From Chiloscyllium plagiosum (taxonomy: Eukaryota): DNA of 55,340 bases. This document shows positions 22,962 to 35,690 of this stretch, piece after piece; position 1 is the first letter of the stretch; each line of letters starts with the position of its first letter. The notes beneath the pieces are model-generated. The model did not search any database, was not told the origin of the DNA, and was given only the letters and a program-made list of their open reading frames with translations. Location of the stretch: positions 15,369,242-15,424,581 of the forward strand of contig NC_057734.1 in NCBI RefSeq assembly GCF_004010195.1, read 5' to 3'. A program made the translations under genes and the position numbers.

Positions 22962-25900
22962 TTTGAACAGCGAGTGCTAGGTGCTAGTGTCTTTATTTCA
23001 GGTGTTGGTTTGGTTGGGTAGGCAAAGCTTGAGATAGGAATGGCTCTTTCAGTTGCCAAAGGTTTTCTGGATGTGGATGTGGTGACTTTGGACATTTTGC
23101 AAAAAGTGACTAAGACAAAGCTGCAGGAATTAGCAGAGAAACTAGAATTGCAACTGCCTGCTTCTGTGAGGAAAGGAGAGATAATTACAGCAGTAGCTCA
23201 GCATTGAAACTTGCTGGAGAAACCATCAGAATCTATAGAGATGGCAAGAATTCGATTGCAAATGAAGCAGCTTGAGTTAGAGGTGAGAGATAAGGAAAGG
23301 GAAGCAGAAATTAAACAGTTTGAGTTATGATTAAAAGTAGAAGAATGGGGAAAAGAAGAGCTGCAGAACAGAGAGAAAAAGAGAGAGCAGAGAAAGAAAA
23401 AGGAAGAGCTTTTGAACTTCAAAGACTGACACTTAAAAAGGAAAGTCAGTTTAAAAGGCTGAAGGTGAGTCTAGTGAGGAAGAGAATGAGAATGAGCAAG
23501 CCCCTGGTAGTCAGAAGCCTGTGAGAAACTCTTTAAGTATGTTCAAGCATTGCCTAAATTTGATGAGAAGGATGTGGAAGCCTTTTTCATTTCATTTGAA
23601 AAGGTAGCTAAACAAATGCAGCGGCCAGAGGCAATGTGGGTTTTGTTGATCCAGACAAAACTTGTAGGCAGGGCTAGTGAAGTATTCACATCACTATCCG
23701 AGGAGGTATCTGGGGTGTATGAGGAGGTGAAAAAAGCCATTTTAAGTGCATATGAGCTTGTACCAGAAGCCTCTAAACAATGTTTCAGAAATCTAAGGAG
23801 GGACCCTGGTCAAATCTATATTGAGTTTGAAAGGATCAAACAGAGTAATTTCAATAGATGGGTAAGAGCTTTAAAAATCGAGCAAACCTATGATGCCCTT
23901 AGGGAGGTAATTATTTTGGAGAAATTCAAACATTCGCTGCCTGAAGTAGTGCAAACTCATGTGGAAGAGCAGAGAGTTAAAACAGCAAGGTTAGCAGCTG
24001 AAGAGGCTGATGATTATGAGCTGGTCCATAAAACACAGTTTGGCTTCCAGAATCCATTTCACTCCATGAGGGATAGAAGCTGGGGCAAAGAGAAATCCAC
24101 ACATGGAAAGGGAAAAGTAGATCTCAGTGAAGGTTATAAGGTTAACTTACCTCAGGGTAAAAAAGAAGCCCTTGAGGGGGACAAAGAAGTTAAAAAACTC
24201 CGGCATTTTCATTGTAATAAAGTGGACCACACAAAATCACAGCATTGGTGGGCTAGGAGAAAGCCAGATGTAGAAAAACCAGACAAGCCTGGGAGTTTTG
24301 TTGGACTAGTATCAAAAAGCACAAGGGAAGTTAGACAACTGCCTCAGAGTGTACAAGATGATCAGAGGTTGCTTAAGGAGGAAGTGCCAGATCTGCTTAA
24401 AAAATACACATGCAAGGGTAAAGGTTATTCACACAGGCCATGAACAGTAGGTAAAGAGGTTACAATATTAAGGGACATAGGATCCTCTCAGTCTGTAATG
24501 CTGCAGGATGAGGAGATATGTACTCCTAAGAGACTACTGTCAGAAAAGGTACTGGCAACAGGAATTCATGGTGAGACAAAAGAAATACTCAGTTATGTAA
24601 AGTGAGACTAGAGAGTACAAAGAAGAGTGGAGAATTTGTGGTAGGAGTACTGACAAACTCTCAGCTCCAGGAATACAATTTGTCCTTGCCAATGATATAG
24701 CTAATTCACTGGTGTGCATGCTGCCTACTCTAGTTGAAATGCCAATGGAGACGCAGGCAGCTGAAGAATGTTTATCCAGGAATTTTCCCAGATTGTGTGA
24801 TCACAAATCACAGAGACACAAGCTGAAGCAGAAGGGATCAAAAGATACAAATAAGGAAGCTGACATAGCTTTATCAGAAACTTTCTTTATTCAGATAAGT
24901 GGAAAAGAGAAGGAGCAAATAGGTAAACATGCCAGTATCTTTAGCTGTGCTAAGTTGATTGAATTACAGCAGAAAGATGAGAACTTAAAACAGTTAGATC
25001 GAAAGGCATTTACAGAGAAAGAAAGTGAATGCATCCCTGTGTGTTATTACTTAACAAATGATGTCTTAATGAGGAAATAAAGGCCATCATACATTCAAGC
25101 AGATGAGAAATGGGTAGAGATTTGTCAAATTGTTTTCCAGTAGGGTATAGAAAGAAGGCGCTATGAGTGGCGCATGAACTACCACTTGGAGGTCATTTAG
25201 GGGTGAGGAAAACACAAGCTAAAATACAAAGACCTTTTTACTGGCCTGGACTACACAAGGATGTAGTTGAATTTTGCCAGACGTGTCATACATGTCAGCT
25301 AATCGGAAAACCACAGGCAGTAATAAAAGCTGCACCTTTATTACCTATTCCAGCATTTGAAGAACCTTTCACAAGAGTCTTGATTGATTGTGTAGGTCTC
25401 CTACCTTAAATAAAAAGTGAGACTAAGTATTTATTAACAATAATGGATGCATTGACAAGATTTCCAGAGGCAATCCATCATGCAACATCACAGCTAAAAG
25501 GGTTGTAGAAGAATTGCACAAATCTTTTACTAGATACGGATTGCCCAATAGAGATCCAGTCAGATCAACGGTCAAACTTCACATCCAAATTATTCAAGGA
25601 GGTTATAGATAACTTAGAAATAAAGCAATTCAAATCAACTGTGTACCATCCGGAATCACAGGGAGCACTAGAGAGATGGCATCAAACACTAAAGACCATG
25701 TTGAGGGCTTATGGTCAGGATTATCCAAACGATTGGGGTAAGGGAGTTCAGTTTGTACGTTTTGTGATCAGAGATGCACCGAATGAATGGACCAAATTCA
25801 GTCCATTTGAATTAATTTTTGGGCATGAAGTAAGGGGATCGTTAAAATTGATTAAGGTGAAATTAATAAGTCAGAATTCAGACTGTCAAATTTTGGACTG

Positions 25901-27785
25901 TCAAATTTTAGAGAATGATTAAATAGAGCTGGAGTGTTGGCTAGGCAGCGTTTAAAAGTATTGCAACATACAATGAAACAGAAAGTGGATAAGAAATCAC
26001 AAATTCACAAATTCACAATTTTGGGGATAAGGTATTGGTGTTACTTCCAGTAACAGGTGAGCCTTTAAAAGCAAGGCTTAGTGGACCGTGTCAAATTGAG
26101 AAGAAATTGAATGAGGTGAACTACTTGATAAGGACTCCGACAGAAAGAAATCTCACAGAGTGTGCCATGTGAATATGCTCAAAAGGTATTTTGATAGGGA
26201 AGGAAAGCAAGAGGAAAAGGTATTAATGATTACAGCACAGAGGGAAGAACCAAGTTCAGAGGATTCTGAATTGGACATTCCTCAAATCAAATTGGACAAC
26301 GAGGAAGTTGTCAAAAATTGGGATAGATTATTGAGTTACCTTCCACAAGAAAATCAAAATGACCTGAAAGAGTTATTACTATCACATGGGGAGGTATGTG
26401 GAAATAAACTGGGAAGTACTAACCTAATTGTGCATGATGTAGATATAGGAGATGCTGTTCCAATTAAGCAACATCCTTATAGGCATAAGCCTCTAAAGTT
26501 GGCACAGGTTCAGAAGGAGAGCGCATGCTCCAAGATGGCATAATCGAAGTAAGTTACAGTGATTGGTGCTCACCCGTAGTCATGGTGCCAAAACTAGATG
26601 GTACCTAACGGTTATGTGTGGACTATTGCAAAATCAACACCATTACAAAGACTGATGCATATCCAATTCCATGGTTGGAGGACTGTGTCGAAAAAGTGGG
26701 ACAAGCAACTTACCTTTCTAAGTTGGACTTGCTCAGAGGCTACTGGCATGTCTCTCTGTCAGAGAGAGCAAAGGCAGTTTCAGCTTTCCTAACGCCAAAT
26801 GGACTATATCAGTTCAAAGTCATGCCACTTGGTATGAAAAACACTCCAGCCACATTTCAGAGACTGACTAATGAGGTAATTGCTGAATTACCCAACTGTA
26901 TGGTGTATATTGATGACCTGGTGATTTTTAGTCACTCATGGAAGGAATATTTACAGCATTTATCGGACTTGGTTCGATTGACTTCGGAAGGCAGACTTGA
27001 TGGTAAACCTAGCTAAAAGTGAATTTGCCAAAGCCCAAGTCACCTTCCTAGGCCATGTTATTGAACATGGACAAATGTCCCCATGGGATGTGAAAACGAA
27101 AGTAATTGGGGAATTTCTCACACCATCGACAAAAACAGGCAGTACTATGGTTCTTGGGATTGAATGGATTTTACTGAACGTTTGTGCCAAACTTTAGCAG
27201 TGTGGCTGCTCCACTCACCGAATTGTTAAAGAAGGGCAAGAAGTTTCAGTGGACAGCGGACTATCAAAAGGCATGTGACAGCCTATAAATGGTGTTAACC
27301 ACTGCCCCGGTATTAGCCACACTGGATTACATGAAGTCTTTCAAGGTGGCTATCGATGCCTGTGATGTGGGTGTTGGTGTGATGCTCCTGCAGGAGGATG
27401 ATGAGGCGATAGAAAGATCCATCAGGTATTTTTCCAGGAAGTGGAACGTTCATCAAAAGAAATATTCAATGGTGGAGAAAGAGACTTTAAGCTTGGTATT
27501 GGCATGACAACATTTCAGTGTTTATATTACCAGAAAACCTGAAACAATCATATACACTGATCATAACCCATTGCCATTTGTAGAAAAATTTAAGGACAAA
27601 AATGCTAGACTGTTTATTTGGAACTTGTTGTTCCAGCCATTCAATTTGACAATGTGGCAGGTCGCAAAAACATGATTGCCGATGTGTTATCAAGACTTGA
27701 ATGAGATACGGAGACATTCGTTGGTTGGTGTGCCACGGACTGAATTTGCATGTGGTTGTCATTGTTTGCATGTTTATAGTTAGTG

Positions 27786-28104
27786 GAGAAAGTGAAGGCG
27801 GGAGATGCTGGAGATCAGAGCTGGAAATGTGTTGCTGGAAAAGCGCAGCAGGTCAGGCAGCATCCAGGNNNNNTGAGACATGGTGGGGGGAGGGGAAATG
27901 AGGAAACTGGTGAAATCCGAGTTCATCCCTTGTGGTTGGAGGGTTCCTAGCCGGAAGATGAGGCGTTCTTCCTCCAACCGTCGTTTTGTTGTGGTCTGAC
28001 GATGGAGGAGTCCAAAGACCTGCATATCCTTGGTGGAGTGGGAGGGGGAATTGAAATGTTGAGCTACAGGGTGGTTGGGTTGGTTGGTCCGGGTGTCCCA
28101 GAGG
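27786..28104 (-). mobile_element. Penelope-like 3' fragment inserted in the Gypsy element
   Basis: RRLEEERLIFRLGTLQPQGMN (GIY-YIG C-terminus); 15-bp TSD tgtttatagttagtg at 27771-27785 and 28105-28119. Confidence 0.85.
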
Positions 28105-28219
28105 TGTTTATAGTTAGTGTAGTGTATATGTGTGTTTAGACTACTAACCGGGCTTTTGAGGGGTTAAAAATGAAACCATCTTTTGGTATTGATGGATCAT
28201 TATTTTTAAGGGGGGAATG

Positions 28220-28844
28220 TGTCACAAAGCTGGTTTCCTTTTTCTAAAAGCTGTTCCTTTTCTCAAGGATACTATGTCCTTGGTTTTTTCAGAGGGGTAA
28301 TAAACTGCTCTTGGTGCCATTTAGTCTGGTTTGGTACAGAGATTAAAGGGATCTTGAGAGGCCTTTGTTTCTATGTAAACAGATGAGACTTCAGGCCAAA
28401 GTGGTCATGTTTTAGAAGTGACCTGTATAATGAAAGGGGAGCGGTCAGCTGTCTAGTTCAGTCTTGAACTGGTGAGGAGTTCAACAGTGAGCTGTGTGGA
28501 AACTCTCTCTCTCTTTCTGTCCTTCAACTTCAACCTGTAAGCATGTGTTCCATTTATACTGGTTTTTAAAGGGAGTTTGCTTATTGGGACTGTTGTGTAT
28601 GTTTGGAACAGCATACTTAACTCTAGTTTGAATCGACTGAGTTCTGTAAGAATTCTTTATTCTGTTCTTTGTGTTTCACTGTGTAATTTTGTGAATAAAT
28701 TTTTGTCTGCTTTAAAATGTAACAGTCAACCTAGCTACTTATTCCAGGTAATTTTCACTGTAAAGCTACCGAAACAAATAGCAAAGTTATGGTGTGGGCT
28801 GCCTGCTTAAGAATGCTTTGAGTGGTCTGGCCTAGTCCATAGTA
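28220..28844 (+). repeat. 3' LTR
   Basis: TGTCACAAAG...TCCATAGTA, preceded by polypurine tract aaggggggaa. Confidence 0.9.
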
Positions 28845-29627
28845 TGAGGTACTGCATTTTGGAAAGGCAAATCAGGGCAATAGTTATAAACTTAATGGTA
28901 ATGTCCTGGGGAGTGTTGCTGAACAAAGAGACTCTGGAGTGCAAGTGAATAGGTCCCTGAAAGTGGAATCGCAGGTAGATAGGTTAGTGAAGAAGTCGTT
29001 TTCTTATGCTTTCATTCATTGGATAGAGCATTGAGTATAGGAATTGGGAGATCATGTTGCAGCTGTACAGACATTAGTTAGGCCACTTTGAAATATTGTA
29101 TGCAATTCTGGTCTCCCTCCCATTGGAAAGATGTTGTAAAACTTGAAAGAGTTCAGAAAAGATTTACAAGTATGTTGCCAGGGTTAGAGGGGTTGAGCAA
29201 GAGGGAGAGGCTGAATATGCTGGAGCTGTTTTCCCTGGAGTCATGGAGCCTGATGGGTAACCTTTATAGAGGTTTATAAAATCATGAGGGGCATGGATAG
29301 GATAAAAGAACAAGGTCTTTTCCCGTGGGTGGAGGAGTCCAGAGTGAGACATTTAGGGTGAGAGGGGGAAAATTTAAAAGGGACCTAAGGAGCAACATTT
29401 TCACGCAGAGGGAGGTGCATGCAATAAATGAGCTGACAGAGGAAGTGGTGGATGCTGGTACAATTGCAATATTTAAAAGGCATCTGGATAGGTATATGAA
29501 TAGGAAGGATTTAAGGGTATGTGGGCCAAGTACTGGCAAATGCGATTAGATTAGGTTAGAATATCAGGTCGGCATGAATGAGTTCAATCGAAGGATCTAT
29601 TTCCGTGCTGTACATCTCTGTGACCAT

Positions 29628-30205
29628 AAGTATTGTTACAGCTGTACAAGGGATTGGTGAGACTATATCTGGATATTGAACACAGTTTTGATTCTCTTAT
29701 TTAAGGAAAGATGTAGTGGCATTGGAGGCAGTTCAGAAGAGGTTCAGTGGATTAATCCCAGAGATGAAGAGTTCGTCATGTGAAGAGGGATTGAACTTAG
29801 TCTCTCTGGAATTTTGAAGAATGAGGGGAGATCAAATTGAGCTATTCATGATGATAAGTGTGTGGTTAAAATAGATGTGGAGCAGATGCTTCCTCTTGTG
29901 AGGCATTCTAGGACAAGAGGTCATAGTTTAGGATAAAGGAAAGCAAATTTAAAATGGAGTTGAGACAAACCAGTCCTCCCAAAGGGTTGTAAATCCATGG
30001 AATTTGCTACTCCAAAGTGCACTGGATGCTGGGACAGTGAGTAAATTTAAGGAGGAGTTGGACAGATTTCTAATTGGTGATTTCTAATTGGTATATGGAG
30101 AGAAGGCAGGAAAATGGGGGTGATGAGTATATCAGCCAAGATTGATTGGTGGAACAGATTTGATGGGCCAAATAGCCTGATTCTGCTCCTACATTTTATG
30201 AACTT
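29628..30205 (+). mobile_element. Old CR1 RT fragment, 3' half
   Basis: VLLQLYKGLVR, ALEAVQKRF, tail gatgggccaaatagcctgattctgctcct. Confidence 0.75.
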
Positions 30206-30736
30206 ACATGGGTAATATGGAAGGCAAATTGTGTTCGCTAAATCTGTATAAGTTTTCTGAGGCTCTAACAGGGTGGATAGGAGGATCTAGTGGATTAAGT
30301 GTAACTGGATTTGTCAAAACAAATCAATAAGGGTGCCACAAAAACACAAAGTGAGGCTGCACTGTTTTGAGAGTAATATATTAGGATTGAATGACAATTG
30401 TTTTGTGGTAAATACAGGGCAACAGGAACAAATGGGTAAGTTTGTGATTGGCTGGATGTACCTAGCACAGTGTCGTATGCATGAGAGCTTGGTGGCCAAG
30501 AAGTGTCTGTAACCTGCCGTTTTCTGAGCATGATCATCCTGTTCAGCAGATTGTTCTCCAACATGTTTCTCTTCTTTGTCTTCTCATGGTCCATTCAGCT
30601 TTAGCAATGCTATCGCTAAAGTGCCACTGATTTTCAGGGCCAGTAACTATGTGGAAAAACAGGGAAGAGATTGTGCCAGCTCTCTTGCTTAATTGCAGAA
30701 TGTCACCAAGACGGAAATAGAGCAGCACCTTTTATG

Positions 30737-33209
30737 TCACAGTTATAATGGCTCTAATTCAGGCAGATCAGTCAATGACGTACGTCTCAGCCAAAGAGTC
30801 CATCTTAACTTTTAAAATGAGAGCCTGATTCTCCTGCCCTTTACAGTGAGGCCCAGGTTTGTAATTCAGCTTTGTAACCACCTCACTAACACTTCAGAAT
30901 AGAAGCTGCTTGTAATGATATCGGGAAACTGTCACATCAACTAAAAATCTATGAAGCAGCAGGTCATTTCACTCCTTGAAGTCACTCCACAGTTCACTAC
31001 ATCCATGGCTGATGGTCCAGCTCAATGCCACCTTCCTAAAATCTCTGTATCCCAAAGAAACCAACTCCTGACATTCAACCCGAAGACTTACACTCAGGGA
31101 AGTTTATATTCCTCAGGATACAAGCCATTGTGTGGCCAAATCAAATTTTGAAACCCTCTCCTCTCTCTTGACAAAAGTGTATAACAAAGGTCCAAGTTGC
31201 AATGTGGAGATGCTGTTGTGGCACCAGCCTCTGTACTGTCACCTCTTCCTTGTTTATTTATCGTTGGGTTACCATAGGAAAGATGAAATAAAGAAAGTGC
31301 TTTTCCACACAGGGTCTGACTCAGAACAGCTGAGTGGCCCGAGAAAAGTTCACAGAAAATGTTTGCTAACTTCCATCTCAAACAGTTTAATATTCACAAG
31401 GTATGTGGCACCATGTTTAAATGAATGCAATTCCAAAGGCTTCATTAGATATCTAAAGGTAGTGCAATTCCATCTAGTTCTGTTCCTGTGAAAATGAAGA
31501 TTGTTTTAGAGAGGAAATCTGGGGTCGAGATGAAATAATTAGCAGCAAACATTGTTCAAATTGAGTATGTACAGTAACCCCAGCATCAAATCACCCTGAG
31601 TCACTGCTCAGTGAAGGTACTGGACAGAGTGGCGAAAGGAAATGGAAAGCGAAACCGAACTGAGCTCTGTTTGCTGCTGGAGTTCAGTTCATTTCTCAAA
31701 TACCGAGGGAATCTTTGAGGAAACGAAACTTCAGGCCGGACCGTATTTTTATTTATCTCAGTGAGTGAGCAGGCAATCAGAGGCGAGCAGAGATGTGACG
31801 TTCAGAAACCGGCTCTGAGAATAAACAGGAGGGCACCTGCAACACAGACTCTGAGAGAGAGAGAGACCCAGAGGGGGCGCAGCCGGGAACCGGGCACTTA
31901 CAGTGGACACAGAGAGAGGGAGTTCTGTTCACGTCTTCCATCCAGATCGGACACCGGCGTGAACAAACCAGGGAAGACAAACTGCTGGGAAAGGAGCCTC
32001 GGAAACGAGTCTGCTGTTTAACTTTCCTGGAGCGGAGCCTCCAGCGAGGATTGTGAGTTCATTTCGTCTTTTTGTTTCGGGAATTGCAGAATTCGGTTTC
32101 TGGTGTGTGAAATGGGTTGCATAGACAGAGCTCTGGAGCAAGTCAGCAGCTCTGGCAGTCTGTGTTATGTGCCTTTGACCTGTCTGAAATAATGAACGAA
32201 GGAAGATATTAAAAGCCATTGGTTGTGTTTAACTAGAACAGCGAGACTCGGCTGGGAGTTCTGAATGGGTCATACTGAAACTTCACCCTGACAATTTCAC
32301 GGAAAGGAATATCATTTCGAAGCGGTGACGATGAACAGAGCAGAAGGGCAAGTTTAAACAACGAATGCATTGTCAGGGAGATGTGTGATGAATGATTTCT
32401 GCATCTCGGTTTTGGGCAGTCTTACAAATCCAATTTCAGGCTGAGTGCAGTATCTCAAACAAAGTGCAGTTCTTCTGGACCAACTCCATCCCCTGAAGAA
32501 AACGGTGTTTATTGTTCCTGCTACTGTTGGTTTCTTCAATCTGTTGAGCTCTCCAGACTATTTAACCCATCCCCTCTCTATTTACATGTTCTAAAATTCC
32601 GTGATTTATCTGAAGTTTCTGGTGAAACATGAGCCTTTGGTGTCACTGCGTTGATGTGATATAGTGGTAGTGTCTGTTCCTCTCAGTCAGAAACATCAGG
32701 TTCCAGTGCCACTAGCTTCATGGCTGTGTCAGCGCACATTTGAACAGGTTAACATGAAGCATTTACAGCATACATTGCTACTATCCACCCATCGGATATT
32801 ACTTTCAGAATATCAGTTGTACACTTATTTCTAACTCTGCTTCTGTCTCAAAACTGGAACACAGATATAATATGTAAATAGTGCAGATTTGAGGAGTCTG
32901 GGAATGGAGAGGGGAATGGCTTTGCGGGGGAGTGGAATATCTGTTTTGTCAGTGATGCTGAAATCCTAGTCCACAAACAGATAGAATCACTCCATAGGTA
33001 CTGGCTGGAGTTCGGTGTTCTGCAGTATCTGATTTTTGTGTGCAGTATTTCTCCAATTGGAAATCAATCATTAAGAAGAGGTTTGATTGAATTGGGTGTA
33101 CAGTAGGTACAGATTAGTTCCCTCAACTCTGTCAATGCCTGGAAAAGCCATTGCATGCTCAAAATGGTCTGAGACACAAAACACAGCATCCCCATCACTA
33201 ACATCCTGT
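30737..33209 (+). other. ISG15-like copy A: promoter, non-coding exon 1 (donor gtgagt at 32053) and intron; coding exon presumably in gap 33210-33709
   Basis: 31300-32160 is almost identical to 33710-34570. The sequence ends ...cccatcactaacatcctgt, which in copy B lies 14 nt before the end of the intron. The intron differs from copy B (no SINE, different indels). Confidence 0.75.
31597..31730 (+). promoter_or_regulatory. Interferon-responsive promoter of copy A: AP-1 site (TGAGTCA 31597-31603), tandem ISRE/IRF-E array (31634-31661), ISRE (31719-31730)
   Basis: GAAAGGAAATGGAAAGCGAAACCGAACT and GGAAACGAAACT match GAAAN(N)GAAA ISRE/IRF consensus. Confidence 0.8.
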
Positions 33210-34004
33210 NNNNNNNNNNNNNNNNNNNNNNNNNNNNNNNNNNNNNNNNNNNNNNNNNNNNNNNNNNNNNNNNNNNNNNNNNNNNNNNNNNNNNNNNNNN
33301 NNNNNNNNNNNNNNNNNNNNNNNNNNNNNNNNNNNNNNNNNNNNNNNNNNNNNNNNNNNNNNNNNNNNNNNNNNNNNNNNNNNNNNNNNNNNNNNNNNNN
33401 NNNNNNNNNNNNNNNNNNNNNNNNNNNNNNNNNNNNNNNNNNNNNNNNNNNNNNNNNNNNNNNNNNNNNNNNNNNNNNNNNNNNNNNNNNNNNNNNNNNN
33501 NNNNNNNNNNNNNNNNNNNNNNNNNNNNNNNNNNNNNNNNNNNNNNNNNNNNNNNNNNNNNNNNNNNNNNNNNNNNNNNNNNNNNNNNNNNNNNNNNNNN
33601 NNNNNNNNNNNNNNNNNNNNNNNNNNNNNNNNNNNNNNNNNNNNNNNNNNNNNNNNNNNNNNNNNNNNNNNNNNNNNNNNNNNNNNNNNNNNNNNNNNNN
33701 NNNNNNNNNTTTCCACACAGGGTCTGACTCAGAACAGCTGAGTGGCCCGAGAAAAGTTCACAGAAAATGTTTGCTAACTTCCATCTCAAACAGTTTAATA
33801 TTCACAAGGTATGTGGCACCATGTTTAAATGAATGCAATTCCAAAGGCTTCATTAGATATATAAAGGTAGTGCAATTCCATCTAGTTCTGTTCCTGTGAA
33901 AATGAAGATTGTTTTAGAGAGGAAATCTGGGGTCGAGATGAAATAATTAGCAGCAAACATTGTTCAAATTGAGTATGTACAGTAACCCCAGCATCAAATC
34001 ACCC

Positions 34005-34138
34005 TGAGTCACTGCTCAGTGAAGGTACTGGACAGAGTGGCGAAAGGAAATGGAAAGCGAAACCGAACTGAGCTCTGTTTGCTGCTGGAGTTCAGTTCAT
34101 TTCTCAAATACCGAGGGAATCTTTGAGGAAACGAAACT
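34005..34138 (+). promoter_or_regulatory. Interferon-responsive promoter of copy B: AP-1 (34005-34011), ISRE array (34042-34069), ISRE (34127-34138)
   Basis: Same motifs as copy A, offset 2408 nt. Confidence 0.82.
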
Positions 34139-34249
34139 TCAGGCCGGACCGTATTTTTATTTATCTCAGTGAGTGAGCAGGCAATCAGAGGCGAGCAGAG
34201 ATGTGACGTTCAGAAACCGGCTCTGAGAATAAACAGGAGGGCACCTGCA

Positions 34250-34460
34250 ACACAGACTCTGAGAGAGAGAGAGACCCAGAGGGGGCGCAGCTGGGAACCG
34301 GGCACTTACAGTGGACACAGAGAGAGGGAGTTCTGTTCACGTCTTCCATCCAGATCGGACACCGGCGTGAACAAAACAGGGAAGACAAACTGCTGGGAAA
34401 GGAGCCTCGGAAACGAGTCTGCTGTTTAACTTTCCTGGAGCGGAGCCTCCAGCGAGGATT
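34250..34460 (+). other. Putative non-coding exon 1 of ISG15-like copy B (start approximate)
   Basis: Consensus donor GATT|GTGAGT at 34460/34461 downstream of the ISREs, in a CpG-richer segment; intron runs to acceptor at 36054. TSS cannot be fixed from sequence. Confidence 0.55.
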
Positions 34461-35402
34461 GTGAGTTCATTTCGTCTTTTTGTTTCGGGAATTGCAGAAT
34501 TCGGTTTCTGGTGTGTGAAATGGGTTGCATAGACAGAGCTCTGGAGCAAGTCAGCAGCTCTGGCAGTCTGTGTGTGTGCACAGAACCCGGGGGGACGGTC
34601 CCAGTCTGGGCTGACTCCTCAGCAATGCTCCTGCCAGAACGGCCGCGTTTCTCCAGCGTTTGCTGGGAGTCTGATTCCCAACATCCGCAACTTTTTGTCT
34701 TTATTCGAGTGTGAAATGGGCCGTTTTGAATCTAATAAGCTCCACTTTGATCAATTATCATTGCAAGAGATGTTTAACATCATTTAAAATCTCAGAGTAG
34801 TTTGGAGACAAGATTTAGCATTTAGGTGTCATCCGAGTTTCAGCCCGGATTGAATGGCGGAGTAGACTCGATGGGCTGAATGGCCTAATGTTTACTCCGA
34901 TGTCTTATTTGTTGTTATCATGTGGCCTTGAACAAATACTAAATGAAGGAAGATGACAAAAGCCATTGGTTGTGTTTAACTGGAACAGCGAGACTCGGCT
35001 GGGAGTTCTGAATGGGTCACCCTGTTTATTGTTCCTGTTACAGAGACCCCTGTCGTTGGTTTCTTCAATCCGTTGAGCTTTCCGGACTATTTAACCCATC
35101 CCCTCTCACTTTACATGTTCTAAAATTCCGTGATTTATCTGAAGTTTCTGGTGAAACATGAGCCTTTGGTGTCACTGCGTTGATGTGCTATAGTGGTAGT
35201 GTCTGTTCCTCTCAGTCAGAAAGATCAGGTTCCAGTGCCACTAGCTTCATGGCTGTGTCAGCGCACATTTGAACAGGTTAACATGAAGCATTTACAGCAT
35301 ACATTGCTACTATCCACCCATCGGATATTACTTTCAGAATATCAGTTGTACACTTATTTCTAACTCTGCTTCTGTCTCAAAACTGGAACACAGATATAAT
35401 AT

Positions 35403-35690
35403 TCACTGCGGCCTCGCAGCGCCAGAGACCCGGGTTCAATTCCCGCCTCAGGAAACTGTCTGTGTGGAGTTTGCACATTCTCCCCGTGTCTGCGTGGGTT
35501 TCCTCCGGGTGCTCCGGTTTCCCACCACAATCCAAAAATGTGCAGGTTAGGTGAATTGGCCATGTTAAATTGCCCGTAGTGTTAGCTAAAGGGTTAAATG
35601 TAGGAGAATGGTTCTGGGTGGGTTACGCTTCGGCGGGTCGGTATGGACTTGTTGGGCCAAAGGGCCTGTTTCCACACTGTAAGTAATCTA
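35403..35690 (+). mobile_element. HE1-like V-SINE in the intron of ISG15-like copy B (absent from copy A)
   Basis: B box GGTTCAATTCC, V-domain, tail tttccacactgtaagtaatcta. Confidence 0.88.

Larger units (their letters stand above)
22331..28844 (+). mobile_element. Full-length decayed Ty3/Gypsy LTR retrotransposon of Gmr1 type (Gag/SCAN-like, PR, INT, RT, RNase H)
   Basis: LTRs 22331-22939 and 28220-28844; PBS 22943-22961; PPT 28208-28217; 4-bp TSD tgat/tgag. Gag ATG at 23040; protease LRDIGSSQS ~24468; integrase HHCC in ORF 25167..25409 and core 25641..25922; RT YIDD in 26618..27016; RNase H 27289..27507. Many stops and frameshifts. Confidence 0.92.
16445..29627 (+). mobile_element. Near full-length decayed CR1 LINE (ORF1 zinc finger + SGNH esterase; ORF2 APE-RT) interrupted by four nested insertions
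   Basis: ORF1 IGDSLV (17461), HIGTND (18756), DRLHLN (19008). RT ORF 21606..22319 (NYRPVSL, QHGF, DFSKVFD, PQGTVLGP, FADD). DKC|EVLHFG resumes at 28845; 3' tail near 29600-29625. Confidence 0.88.

Noticed and set aside
23550-24443. 297-aa ORF as a domesticated host SCAN gene
   Set aside because: It lies within an LTR-bounded element whose Gag and Pol are interrupted by stops and frameshifts.
31761-32021. Duplicated 86-aa ORFs (also 34169..34429) and other short ORFs repeated among the ISG15 copies
   Set aside because: Non-ATG starts or no recognisable domain; conservation simply reflects the segmental duplication of promoter and exon 1.
33064-33899. Long ORFs spanning 33.1-33.9 kb
   Set aside because: Artefacts of the 500-N gap.
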